From a candidate division WWE3 bacterium (lineage in GTDB: Bacteria; Patescibacteriota; WWE3; UBA101185; UBA10185), in contig JBPOHV010000001.1 of the NCBI GenBank assembly GCA_052035175.1, positions 297,569 through 361,568 of the forward strand: a stretch of 64,000 nucleotides of DNA. The letters are read 5' to 3'. Shown in pieces: positions 1-8,498 of the stretch. Every line of letters begins with the position of its first letter. The stretch's first letter is position 1. A model generated the notes under the pieces. That model did no database searches, was not told the DNA's origin, and was given only the letters and a program-made list of their open reading frames with translations. The position numbers and the translations under genes were made by a program.

Positions 1-258
1 TCGTTTATCTTTAAATAGCTGGTTAATGTCTTTGAGCGAGATTTGGTCTCGATATAGATCTAAGTCTAAAATGTTGTTTTCTTTTATGTCACCTTCTAGG
101 CTATGTAGGTAGTTTGTGTCGTGAGCTTTTGCATATTGTTTTAATAGGTGCGTAAGGCCAGTACCGGGGATAGTTATTATTATTGCGTTTATTTTTTGGG
201 ATAGTTTTTTATCTAAAAATGTTTCTAGTTCTTTATATAAGTGGTTGTTATCAGGCAC
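1..258 (-). CDS. hypothetical protein, 3' partial (runs off the window start); GTG start at complement 256-258
   Basis: Open minus-strand frame with no stop from 258 down to 1, preceded upstream by an in-frame TGA. It is not in the ATG-only ORF track. Translation is VPDNNHLYKELETFLDKKLSQKINAIIITIPGTGLTHLL... with no recognisable family. Confidence 0.25.
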   Translation of the reverse strand, partial: MPDNNHLYKELETFLDKKLSQKINAIIITIPGTGLTHLLKQYAKAHDTNYLHSLEGDIKENNILDLDLYRDQISLKDINQLFKDKR

Positions 259-288
259 ACTAAAATTATATCAACTTTTCGCAAAATT

Positions 289-344
289 CCAGTCACATTT
301 TTGTCATATTATAGACGCGTACGCTAGTACCCCATAGTATATAT
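289..344 (+). promoter_or_regulatory. Copy 1 of a duplicated 56-bp upstream element (CCAGTCACATTTT.GTCA...ACCC.ATAGTATATA); putative promoter/operator
   Basis: Near-identical element recurs at 848-903, again about 60 bp upstream of a small gene. It contains a GTCA(C)AT direct repeat and a TATAGT/TATATA -10-like box. Confidence 0.45.
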
Positions 345-366
345 TCGTTTCAATAATTAAACCTCT

Positions 367-380
367 CCCGCCACGGCGGG
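367..380 (+). promoter_or_regulatory. GC-rich inverted repeat (cccgcc-ac-ggcggg) in the 5' UTR, about 15 nt before the RBS AGGAG
   Basis: Palindrome read directly from the sequence. A comparable hairpin sits at 927-944 ahead of the next gene. Confidence 0.4.
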
Positions 381-406
381 AACTAGTTCATTCAAAGGAG
401 ACAAAA

Positions 407-766
407 ATGAACGCCGATTTGTATAAGATTGAAGTAAACCTGTATGCTCACCCTGGGAAAGTTACTCAGCTTGAAGCAGACACACTCAAAACCAGCCTCC
501 ATCAGGTTTTTGATGGGGCAATTGTGGTAAACCCAGATCCACAAATTACCGCAAAAAAACCAAGCCGCATTGTCTTCATGTCCTTCATTTTCGTAGGGAC
601 AGTGTTGTCACAAGGGTTGTTGGCGGATCAATGGTCAGGTGGCGTTTTCTGGGGGGTCCTCCTCTGTGCGGTGGCATCACTCGTCGAAGCCCTTGTAGTA
701 GGGTTTTTAACAGGTGCTGAGGCGTCTGTGTTTAAATCGCTTCAAGAAGCGAAGCGCGGGCGGTAG
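407..766 (+). CDS. small hypothetical membrane protein (about 50-aa N-terminal soluble region plus two predicted TM helices), GC-richer than its surroundings
   Basis: ORF with AGGAG RBS 7 nt upstream. Two hydrophobic segments (IVFMSFIFVGTVL, VLLCAVASLVEALVVGFL). Followed by a strong intrinsic terminator. Confidence 0.5.
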   Translation: MNADLYKIEVNLYAHPGKVTQLEADTLKTSLHQVFDGAIVVNPDPQITAKKPSRIVFMSFIFVGTVLSQGLLADQWSGGVFWGVLLCAVASLVEALVVGFLTGAEASVFKSLQEAKRGR

Positions 767-773
767 CTCTTAG

Positions 774-839
774 AAAGGTGGGAGGCACTATGTGCGTTGG
801 TAATAACCAATTGTGCATGTGCACCCACCTTTCTTTTTG
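774..839 (+). terminator. rho-independent terminator (aaaggtggg...cccaccttt stem plus T-run)
   Basis: A 9-bp perfect stem at 774-782 and 824-832 is followed by tttcttttt. Confidence 0.6.
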
Positions 840-847
840 CTTATTTT

Positions 848-903
848 CCAGTCACATTTTAGTCACATCTTAGGGAGTGCAGAACGTACCCTATAGTATA
901 TAG
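848..903 (+). promoter_or_regulatory. Copy 2 of the duplicated 56-bp upstream element
   Basis: Aligns with 289-344 with conserved CCAGTCACATTTT, GTCAcAT, ACCC.ATAGTATATA blocks. Confidence 0.45.
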
Positions 904-926
904 TTTTCCTATCAAATATAACCAAT

Positions 927-944
927 GTCCCGCACTTACGGGAC
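927..944 (+). promoter_or_regulatory. 5'-UTR hairpin (gtcccg-cactta-cgggac) immediately before RBS AGGAG
   Basis: Perfect 6-bp stem with a 6-nt loop. Arrangement parallels 367-380. Confidence 0.4.
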
Positions 945-963
945 AACAAATAGGAGAAATCTC

Positions 964-1374
964 GTGAAAAAAACTGTTGAAATGATTTTGGCTGTAATTT
1001 TCTTACTCGTTTTTTGTCGGTGCAGTTCACCTGCGCCGTCTGGCACAATCGAGAAAGATAGCCTTAAGGTTGAAGCCACGGCCGAAGAAAAGTTACTAAA
1101 CGCAAAAACACGCTATGTGTACTTCAACAAACCATTTCACGGAAATGGCTATAGTTGTACGCCACAATACGAAGGTTATGGTGATGTACGTTTTAAGTGC
1201 ACCTATGCCTTTGATCCCTCGTGGATCTCTAATGTGTATGCAAACATACACAGTAGCGATGAGGTGCATGTGCTGTATCCGGAGCCAAATGCTCCGGAAT
1301 TTGTGTTTACCATCCGTGGTAATCACAAAGCGGTTGGAGCTGGCATGCTGATTTACGACGGCGTTTTGCCGTAG
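964..1374 (+). CDS. small secreted or membrane-anchored Cys-containing protein (GTG start preferred; ATG at 925 in the ORF track)
   Basis: AGGAG lies 7 nt before the GTG at 964. N-terminal hydrophobic signal-like segment ILAVIFLLVFCRC. Four Cys residues in the mature part. No family recognised. Confidence 0.45.
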   Translation: MKKTVEMILAVIFLLVFCRCSSPAPSGTIEKDSLKVEATAEEKLLNAKTRYVYFNKPFHGNGYSCTPQYEGYGDVRFKCTYAFDPSWISNVYANIHSSDEVHVLYPEPNAPEFVFTIRGNHKAVGAGMLIYDGVLP

Positions 1375-1387
1375 CTTTTTTTGTTTT

Positions 1388-1436
1388 ATCCCACAAGGGA
1401 GACTGGTTGAAAGACCGTTTCCTTTGTGGGGCTACT
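1388..1436 (+). terminator. hairpin / possible terminator after the small secreted-protein gene
   Basis: cccacaagg...cctttgtggg stem with a one-nucleotide bulge. The downstream T-run is weak. Confidence 0.35.
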
Positions 1437-1524
1437 TTAGAAAATAACACACGTTGTTTTTTAAAGCAGTTAAAGGTGATTATTATTTATAGAGTTCCTT
1501 TATAATAATAAAATATATAGAAAT

Positions 1525-2829
1525 ATGACTAACGATTTAGAAACTATATCTATAGATACACCAGAGATTACTATCTCTGACGATTTGAGATTAATAAATA
1601 TTGTAGGTGATAAGGATGCGCCACTCTTTACATTGGCTGCCCCAGGTATCGTCTCTGAAGAGGTGATACCTGCAGCTGTTGATGCTTTATATGCTTGTAT
1701 AGGTAAAACTTCGGACACTTCAATTTTTGTTTCTCCAGATGTTGGTGCTATATATGAGTCATTTGATATAGGGAATCCAAATCCTGTATTACCTATTAAA
1801 ACAACACTTTATGATTCGTCTGGTAATCCGTCCATTGAATACTCTGCGCAAGTAGTTTGGGTAGCCGATAGACTAGTAGTTACTAGTATTACAACAAAAA
1901 GCCTCGCAAGAAATAAAAAGCTAACACCTGAAGATATTATATCTGCAACAGATAAAATTGGTTCTATTTTTGAGACCGACGTTTCTTCTGTTGTTACTGG
2001 AGATATTGGTAAAACTTTACGTGCTGAGTATGATGCTAAGCTTGTAGCTGCCGATAAACTTGTACAGCAAGATGAGCTTGTACGTAATGAATCTGTTGTT
2101 CGTGCTACTGCTTTATATGACAATTTCTATAAATTGCTTCACGAAGTTGGGAAATTTGAAGAATTTCATTTGGATGCAGATCTTTTTGATAATCCAGATT
2201 TCTTAATTGCTAAGTCGAAGGAAAATACACTAAAACGTTTAGCTGAGTATTTTGAAAAGAATGGCTTGGACTTTGCGAACTTTATTGCATCACCCAACTT
2301 TATAAACTTTCTTCATGCGTTTATAAAAAATGTTGTTGTAGCACATAATGCTAATTCTTTTTTTGACCCAGACAATTACTCATATACAGCTGGTCCACAT
2401 GATGATTTTTTGCGTAAGGCTTTTGGTGTCAAGCAACCGCTCCCATATCTATCAGCAGTTTTACTAGATCCGACTACAGAGTATGCTAAACAAAATGGTA
2501 CTGGTTGGTCAGGTGATACACTGTACACTTTTGACATAGAGGAATATGCGCATCGATCTTTAGTAGGATATGGTGATATTGATGCTTCATATAGTGCTTA
2601 TAGAGATTATAATGTCGAAGAGTGGAGAGATATGGTTATGGTAGTTCCCGACGCAGTACTATTTGCAGCCCTTAATCAATTGAAACTAAATGAGCTAGTT
2701 GAAACAAATGTTACTTCAGAAATACCAAGTGTATATGATGAAGTTATACTTTTTGGGCAACATAATTTGTCTAGCAAAGCACATAGGGTAGTATTGCGTA
2801 GGAAAGGGGTACCGGCCGATACCCCTTAA
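1525..2829 (+). CDS. hypothetical protein (434 aa), no signal peptide, no recognised domain
   Basis: Long clean ORF. Convergent with the secreted-protein gene at 2836-3429, with only 6 bp between stops. Confidence 0.5.
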   Translation: MTNDLETISIDTPEITISDDLRLINIVGDKDAPLFTLAAPGIVSEEVIPAAVDALYACIGKTSDTSIFVSPDVGAIYESFDIGNPNPVLPIKTTLYDSSGNPSIEYSAQVVWVADRLVVTSITTKSLARNKKLTPEDIISATDKIGSIFETDVSSVVTGDIGKTLRAEYDAKLVAADKLVQQDELVRNESVVRATALYDNFYKLLHEVGKFEEFHLDADLFDNPDFLIAKSKENTLKRLAEYFEKNGLDFANFIASPNFINFLHAFIKNVVVAHNANSFFDPDNYSYTAGPHDDFLRKAFGVKQPLPYLSAVLLDPTTEYAKQNGTGWSGDTLYTFDIEEYAHRSLVGYGDIDASYSAYRDYNVEEWRDMVMVVPDAVLFAALNQLKLNELVETNVTSEIPSVYDEVILFGQHNLSSKAHRVVLRRKGVPADTP

Positions 2830-2835
2830 ATTGAT

Positions 2836-3429
2836 TTATTTATTCACAGAATCGAATTCGAAATCAAAAGTACCTGTCTTACCTTGTTTAGTATCACTTA
2901 GGGTTGTAGTTGTAAATCTTAGCAAAAGCCCTTTTATTTGCCCGGCATCCAATTCACCCAGAGCGAAGCCTTCTGTTTTCCATTTGGTTATTGTTTTTTT
3001 GCCAAAGCTTGTTCCTAACTCATCAGTTTCTACTAAGCCGTTGTTATTTGAGTCATCCCAGGGTATAGGTTCAACATTTATATAAGATCTCAATTCATCT
3101 GGGTCATTTACAGTTTCGTAGAAAGCATTTGATCCCAAATCAATCGCTGATGTGCTGTTGTTAAATATTTTGACAGCATAATCGTTTTGCCAGTTTGAAC
3201 CAATATTTGTGAAGTTTGGTCCTTGTAATTCATCTGCTGTGTTATCAGGTTGTGTACTTCCAGCTAGGTTTATCAAGAACTTTATTTCAGCACTTCCGGT
3301 AGAAAAGAGCGCCGATTTTATTTTTACTTTGTCTGCGAATGCGGCATATGCTATTCCTGCAGAAAATAATGCAATTACTAAACCAAGTGCTGCTGTAATA
3401 ATTTGTTTGTTTGCTTTTGTATTCTTCAA
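2836..3429 (-). CDS. secreted protein with a SipW-cognate-class / TasA-camelysin-like N-terminus (signal anchor then GIAYAAFAD motif)
   Basis: N-terminus MKNTKANKQIITAALGLVIALFSAGIAYAAFAD resembles the G-T-[FY]-A-[YF]-F-[ST]-D signature of SipW-cognate signal peptides. The mature region is T/S/N/D/G-rich and beta-like. Its stop overlaps the radC start in an ATGA junction. Confidence 0.4.
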   Translation of the reverse strand: MKNTKANKQIITAALGLVIALFSAGIAYAAFADKVKIKSALFSTGSAEIKFLINLAGSTQPDNTADELQGPNFTNIGSNWQNDYAVKIFNNSTSAIDLGSNAFYETVNDPDELRSYINVEPIPWDDSNNNGLVETDELGTSFGKKTITKWKTEGFALGELDAGQIKGLLLRFTTTTLSDTKQGKTGTFDFEFDSVNK

Positions 3430-4139
3430 TTTATATCACCTCCTTTAGTCGAGAGTTGATATGTGCTAAACATGTTATTTTGTTTTAGGCTGAAGTAATC
3501 GTTATTACAAACTATTACGTGATCAATCAACGGTATTCCAAGCATCTTTCCAGCTTGAGCGATATCTTCCGTAATTACTAAGTCTTCTTTGCTTGGTTGT
3601 GGGCTATTAGATGGGTGGTTATGTGCAATTATTATCGATACTGCGTGTCTTTTTATTGCAGCATTATAAACTTCTCTCGGGTGCACAATTGCTTCTTTTA
3701 CTGTTCCTACTGATATGTTGTCGCACCCAACAAGCTTATTTCTACTATCAAGTGAAAGTACGAATACATACTCATGCGATTTTCCGTAAATATTTGGCTT
3801 TAAATATTCATAAATATCTTTAGCGTTTAGAATTGGTTTTCCTTGAGTAGGGGAGTGTGTAAAAACCCTTTTACCCAACGCGATTGCAGCCAATATACTA
3901 CAAGCTTTTGATTTTCCAATGCCTTTGAAATTTACTAATTCATTTGTTTTTAGGTTGGCTAATGCTGCTTCATTTCCTATTTGTTTGAGAATGCTCCTGC
4001 TTAGTTCGATAGCGGAAATATTTTTTGAACCTGTGTTTATTAATATAGCGATTAATTCTTCGGTTGTTAGGTAATCAGCGCCTTGTAGATACAACTTTTC
4101 TTTTGGAGTTTCTTTTTTATTGAAGTCAATCATCCTCAT
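3426..4139 (-). CDS. radC: RadC-like JAB-domain protein (UPF0758)
   Basis: HNHPSNSP JAMM-like motif and an N-terminal helix-hairpin-helix-like region, with typical RadC length. Confidence 0.85.
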   Translation of the reverse strand: MRMIDFNKKETPKEKLYLQGADYLTTEELIAILINTGSKNISAIELSRSILKQIGNEAALANLKTNELVNFKGIGKSKACSILAAIALGKRVFTHSPTQGKPILNAKDIYEYLKPNIYGKSHEYVFVLSLDSRNKLVGCDNISVGTVKEAIVHPREVYNAAIKRHAVSIIIAHNHPSNSPQPSKEDLVITEDIAQAGKMLGIPLIDHVIVCNNDYFSLKQNNMFSTYQLSTKGGDIN

Positions 4140-4165
4140 ATAAAAGTAATATACATTATTGCAAC

Positions 4166-4474
4166 GTGTGTTCGTATATGGTAATTTCTAAGTATCTTAG
4201 AATTATGTGGGGTGAAAAAATAAAAGTTATACGTTCAAAGTACAATCTTTCACAAGCAGCTTTTGGTAGGAGAATTGGTGTTTCTGGCAAGAGTATTTCG
4301 GCATATGAAACTGGGAAAGCCAAGCCATCTATTCAAGTTTTAAATAAAATTTCAGAACAGTTTGACGCTAGCTTTATTTATATTAAAAACGATTACCAAG
4401 TCAATTTATGCTTTAAAATACAACAACTCCGAGACTCTCTATTAGAATTAGAAAATATCATAACGAATAAATGA
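4166..4474 (+). CDS. XRE-family helix-turn-helix transcriptional regulator (probable true start at the internal ATG 4205)
   Basis: IKVIRSKYNLSQAAFGRRIGVSGKSISAYETGKAKPSIQVLNKISEQF is a classic Cro/C1-type HTH. It is divergent from radC. Confidence 0.75.
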   Translation: MCSYMVISKYLRIMWGEKIKVIRSKYNLSQAAFGRRIGVSGKSISAYETGKAKPSIQVLNKISEQFDASFIYIKNDYQVNLCFKIQQLRDSLLELENIITNK

Positions 4475-4499
4475 ATTTGACAGTAAGATTCTCTATGTT

Positions 4500-5309
4500 A
4501 TGTTGTTTATTATGGACAATACTTTTGACTATAAACTAGGTAAGGCGCTACTCTTTATAAATAATAAAGCTCTACTCGCTATTTGTGATGACTTGTTACT
4601 ATTAGCAAATCGTGTATGCTCTAGAAACGATCATATTGTCGATAAGTCTAATCTCGTAGAGCTAGTGACAGCATATCTATTTTCAAAATCCTATAAAACT
4701 ATGAAGAGTATTTTACTATTGTCAGAGGAAGGCTTTGGTGAGGATGCGTGCTGTTTGCTACGAGTTTTATTTGAAAACACAGTAAATATTCTATATATAA
4801 ACAAAGAAGATTCTTTAGCTCGCGCTACTCGGTATGTAGAACATTCTTCTGTAACTAAAATTTATGCATATGATCATTATCCTACTTGGATACGTGATGC
4901 CTTAATAGATTCTTCTGAGTCTATTGCAACTTTGCGTGTAGATAGAGACGTTATACTTGCTAAGTATGGTGGTGAGAAGTTTGTTAAGTCCTGGTCAGGT
5001 TATTCTATAGATGTTATGGCTTCTATGGTAGGTTTAGGAGATGATTATTCCACTGTGTATGATATCTGTTGCGATCTCGCACATACCCGCATAAATGCCT
5101 CTAATCACTATGTTAGGGAGGAAGAAAGTACTTTAATCTTTGATGCGGGTCAAAGTGATCGCTTGGTTGATGCAGCTTTAATTTTTGCCTCCAGGTATTT
5201 TATCCTTATCTTGCAAACTTGGAATAAAGTTTTTGCGCTAGGTATTAACACTGATCTTGAGTCAATACATTCAAAAATGGAAACTTATCTAAAAACCAAA
5301 AATCATTAA
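4500..5309 (+). CDS. hypothetical protein, possibly HEPN-like (R-x5-H motif AHTRINASNH in the C-terminal half)
   Basis: 269-aa Leu-rich helical protein directly downstream of the XRE gene with a 25-bp gap. An Rx4-6H-type motif sits at nt 5088-5108. No other domain recognised. Confidence 0.45.
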   Translation: MLFIMDNTFDYKLGKALLFINNKALLAICDDLLLLANRVCSRNDHIVDKSNLVELVTAYLFSKSYKTMKSILLLSEEGFGEDACCLLRVLFENTVNILYINKEDSLARATRYVEHSSVTKIYAYDHYPTWIRDALIDSSESIATLRVDRDVILAKYGGEKFVKSWSGYSIDVMASMVGLGDDYSTVYDICCDLAHTRINASNHYVREEESTLIFDAGQSDRLVDAALIFASRYFILILQTWNKVFALGINTDLESIHSKMETYLKTKNH

Positions 5310-5719
5310 CGTTTTGAGTATTGAGGTGCTTTACGAGCTTTTTTGAGGTAGTATTTCTTTCTTTCTACCATTCTTGAGTCTCTTGTTAATAAGCCTGCTT
5401 TACGTAAAAGTAAGCGATTTGCTTCGCTTAATTTTGCAAGAGCTCTAGAAATACCATGTACGACAGCACCCATTTGTGCAGATACTCCTGAGCCTTTTAC
5501 TTTGACGCTCATAGTATAAGTGGCTGTTGGGTGAGAAATTCCCAAAACGTGGAAAGGTCTCAACCAATTTGTTTGTTGTTTTTCGGTTTTGAAGAATGAT
5601 TCAAAAGGTTTATCGTTTATAGTGCTTTCACCTTTTTTCTCATATAAAAATACTTGAGCTGTAGCAGTTTTGCGTCTGCCAGTACCTGTTATTAGATTTT
5701 GATTAGTTTGTTTTGGCAT
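5306..5719 (-). CDS. rpsI: 30S ribosomal protein S9
   Basis: GTGRRKTATAQVF...C-terminal KKARKAPQYSKR. Start chosen at MPKQTNQ rather than the track's upstream ATG at 5761. Confidence 0.9.
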   Translation of the reverse strand: MPKQTNQNLITGTGRRKTATAQVFLYEKKGESTINDKPFESFFKTEKQQTNWLRPFHVLGISHPTATYTMSVKVKGSGVSAQMGAVVHGISRALAKLSEANRLLLRKAGLLTRDSRMVERKKYYLKKARKAPQYSKR

Positions 5720-6128
5720 TTTGTTGTGCTGTATGTGGATGTGTGTCTCCAGCGTATACAAATAAATTTTTAATTCTTACATCTTGCAATTTGTTTTTTG
5801 GAAGCATCCCTTTTACTGCTTTCACTATTACTTGAGATGGATCTCTAGCTAATAATTCGCCCAAAGACTCACTTCTCAAACCACCTGGAAAGCCAGTATG
5901 CCTGTAATAAACTTTGTCGGTAAGTTTTTTACCAGTTGTTTTGATCTTTTCTGCATTTGTTACAACAACTTTATTTTTGATAACTGTGTTGTAAGAAAAT
6001 TTTGGATCAGTTTTACCTGCTAGAATATTTGCAATTCTCACAGACAATTTACCTAATATTTGATCTGATGCGTCTAAGAATGTCCAATTTTCTGTTTTAT
6101 CTGCTTCCTTTATATGAAAAGTTTTCAT
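5703..6128 (-). CDS. rplM: 50S ribosomal protein L13
   Basis: MKTFHIKEADKTENWTFLDASDQILGKLSVRIANILAGK matches the L13 N-terminus. Confidence 0.92.
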   Translation of the reverse strand: MKTFHIKEADKTENWTFLDASDQILGKLSVRIANILAGKTDPKFSYNTVIKNKVVVTNAEKIKTTGKKLTDKVYYRHTGFPGGLRSESLGELLARDPSQVIVKAVKGMLPKNKLQDVRIKNLFVYAGDTHPHTAQQNAKTN

Positions 6129-6493
6129 TTTTTAGCTCCTTTTTCAACAAATTCAATTCTTGCTGTTTCTGCATTATCACCTGCTCGATTTCCTGTTCTT
6201 ATTATTCTTGTGTATCCGCCTTGTCTATCTTTATTTGCAGGTCCTACTACTTCGACCAGTTTGCGGATTGCATCTTCAGAATAGATTTTGCGTCGCAAAT
6301 ATCTGACAGTTTCATAGTTTTGTGTTTTTGCTTTTGTCACGAGCTTTTCGACGTATGATCTAACATACTTAGCTTTTGCTAGTGTTGTTTTAATTGCTCC
6401 GTGAACAATAAGAGATTCAGACAAATTCTTTAACAAAGCTTTTCTGTGCTCTGCATCTCTACCAAGTTTTTTGTCAGTATCTCGATGTCTCAT
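6125..6493 (-). CDS. rplQ: 50S ribosomal protein L17
   Basis: MRHRDTDKKLGRDAEHRKALLKNL is the L17 signature. Confidence 0.92.
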   Translation of the reverse strand: MRHRDTDKKLGRDAEHRKALLKNLSESLIVHGAIKTTLAKAKYVRSYVEKLVTKAKTQNYETVRYLRRKIYSEDAIRKLVEVVGPANKDRQGGYTRIIRTGNRAGDNAETARIEFVEKGAKK

Positions 6494-6494
6494 T

Positions 6495-7421
6495 TTATCT
6501 AAGACCTTCTTTTTCTAATAATTTTTTAATCTCTGTCAAAGCTTTTTCTCCAAGGTTTTTGATGTCCATCAAGTCTTCATCTTTGAGTTTGCTTAATTGT
6601 TCATAAGTATCAATACCACTCTTTTTGAGAGCATTTACTGTACGTGTTTGTAGTGGTAAATCTTCGATAGCTATCTTTTCAGAAGCTTTTGTTTTGGTTT
6701 CAGCTTTATCAGTTGTTTCTTCAATCTTTGTAGAAAGTTCTGCACCACCAAGTTTAATTACTTGTATATAAGATTCTGTTATTTCTGCTGCTTTTTTAAG
6801 TGCATCCAATGGTGTAATACTTCCATCTGTTACGATCTCTATTACAATTTTGTCTAAATCTACACTTTTACCAAATCTAGTTGGCTCTACTGTATAAAAG
6901 GCTTTTGTAACAGGAGAGTAAAGTGCATCAAGTACTATAACACCGATTTTTGTGGTTTGTCTTTCTTCCATTGGTGAATAGCCTACTCCTGGTTCTACGA
7001 TAAGTTCCATTTCCAAAGTAGTTTTGTCGTCAGACAAAGTTGCCAAGTGTAAATCTGTGTTTAAAACTTTTACAGATGATGATGTTTGTATATCACCTGC
7101 TGTTACTACGCCTTCACCTTTTTTGCTCAAAGTTACGACGACTGGTTCATTTGCATAATTAGCAAATCTAATTTGTTTAAGATTCAAGCTGAGTTCTACT
7201 GTATCTTCTTTTACACCCTTTATAGTAGAAAATTGATGTGTTGCACCTTTTATCTTTACTTGGGTAGCTGCTGCGCCAGGAATAGAAGAAAGCAAAGTTC
7301 TTCTCAAGGCATTTCCCAAGGTATTTCCATAACCTTTTGGAAGAGGGTCAATAGAAAACACACCTTTGTTACTGTTTTCTGAAATAATATTAATTTTTAC
7401 ATCTGAAGGCTGTACGTCCAT
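6495..7421 (-). CDS. rpoA: DNA-directed RNA polymerase subunit alpha
   Basis: Both the N-terminal assembly domain and the C-terminal domain are recognisable. Sits between rpsD and rplQ. Confidence 0.92.
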   Translation of the reverse strand: MDVQPSDVKINIISENSNKGVFSIDPLPKGYGNTLGNALRRTLLSSIPGAAATQVKIKGATHQFSTIKGVKEDTVELSLNLKQIRFANYANEPVVVTLSKKGEGVVTAGDIQTSSSVKVLNTDLHLATLSDDKTTLEMELIVEPGVGYSPMEERQTTKIGVIVLDALYSPVTKAFYTVEPTRFGKSVDLDKIVIEIVTDGSITPLDALKKAAEITESYIQVIKLGGAELSTKIEETTDKAETKTKASEKIAIEDLPLQTRTVNALKKSGIDTYEQLSKLKDEDLMDIKNLGEKALTEIKKLLEKEGLR

Positions 7422-7430
7422 AAAATCTCC

Positions 7431-8033
7431 TTATCTTGAATAAAATTCTATAATTAACTGAATATTAACATTTTCTTGTAAATCGTCGAGTTTTGGCAGT
7501 CTACTGTAAACTATTTGTTTTTCTTGTACATTAGCTTCTAGCCAGTCTGGAAGCATAAAACCTTCTCTTAGATGTATTTTGTCAAAACTTACTGGTTTGA
7601 GTACATCGTTTTGTTTCAATTGTATTGATGGGGTTCTAGCTTCTATGCCATTAATCGTAAACAAGCCAGATCGTATAAATTGTCGTGCTTGAGCTCTAGA
7701 TACGGCAAATCCGCTTCGGTATACCAAGTTATCTAATCTTGATTCTAAAGTTTGTAGCAAAACTTCACCAGATATTTCGCTTGATTTCAAAGCATTGTCT
7801 ACGTATTTTCTAAATTGACCTTCTAAAAGACCATAAATTCTTTTTGCTTTTTGCTTTTCGCGCAATTGTTTGCCGTATTCAGATAATGCTTTTCTGGAGT
7901 TTCCGTGTTGGCCTGGTGCTTGTGGTCTCTTTTTAACTGCACATTTATCAGAATAGCATCTAGCGCCTTTTAAATAGAGTTTTATGCCTTCTCTTCTGCA
8001 TAATCTACATTTTGCTTCTGTATATCTTGCCAT
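7431..8033 (-). CDS. rpsD: 30S ribosomal protein S4
   Basis: MARYTEAKCRLCRREG zinc-ribbon N-terminus and S4 domain. Confidence 0.93.
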   Translation of the reverse strand: MARYTEAKCRLCRREGIKLYLKGARCYSDKCAVKKRPQAPGQHGNSRKALSEYGKQLREKQKAKRIYGLLEGQFRKYVDNALKSSEISGEVLLQTLESRLDNLVYRSGFAVSRAQARQFIRSGLFTINGIEARTPSIQLKQNDVLKPVSFDKIHLREGFMLPDWLEANVQEKQIVYSRLPKLDDLQENVNIQLIIEFYSR

Positions 8034-8036
8034 ATT

Positions 8037-8453
8037 TTATATTCTTCTTTTCTTTTGTGGCCTGCAACCATTGTGTGGTAGAGGTGTCACGTCGGAAATT
8101 GCTATTATATTTAATCCTACGTTTTTTAATGCTTTGATCGCAGATATTCTGCCTAAACCAGGTCCTTTAACTATAACGGCTAATTCTTGTAAGCCTGCTG
8201 CTTTTGCCTTTGCTGCCAATGCTTCTGCTGCTTTTGTAGCTGCATAAGGTGTAGACTTTCTAGAACCTTTAAAGCCTGCTGTGCCTGCACTTCCAGAAAA
8301 TAATGTGTTTCCATTAACATCTGTAAGTGTGATTATTGTGTTATTAAAACCTGCACTAATATACGCTCTACCAGAAGCAGGTATGACCTTTGTTTTAGTC
8401 TTTTTTTGTTTATGCACTATTGCTTTTGGTGCTACTACTTCTTTTTTTGCCAT
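8037..8453 (-). CDS. rpsK: 30S ribosomal protein S11
   Basis: [22 protein letters not shown] is the S11 signature. Confidence 0.93.
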   Translation of the reverse strand: MAKKEVVAPKAIVHKQKKTKTKVIPASGRAYISAGFNNTIITLTDVNGNTLFSGSAGTAGFKGSRKSTPYAATKAAEALAAKAKAAGLQELAVIVKGPGLGRISAIKALKNVGLNIIAISDVTPLPHNGCRPQKKRRI

Positions 8454-8498
8454 ATATTTATTTAACTTACTTTCGAACCTTCAAGAAAGGAGCGGAGC

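Noticed and set aside
863-1351. ORFs 863-1048 (-), 1096-1326 (-) and 1115-1351 (+) overlapping the small secreted-protein gene
   Set aside because: They overlap the better-supported plus-strand gene, which has an AGGAG RBS, a signal peptide and a terminator. No independent signals support them.
3611-3823. 70-aa plus-strand ORF inside radC
   Set aside because: Antisense to the well-supported RadC gene; poly-Leu low complexity.
6002-6358. 118-aa plus-strand ORF antisense to rplM/rplQ
   Set aside because: Cys/Phe-rich low-complexity product antisense to ribosomal protein genes; spurious.
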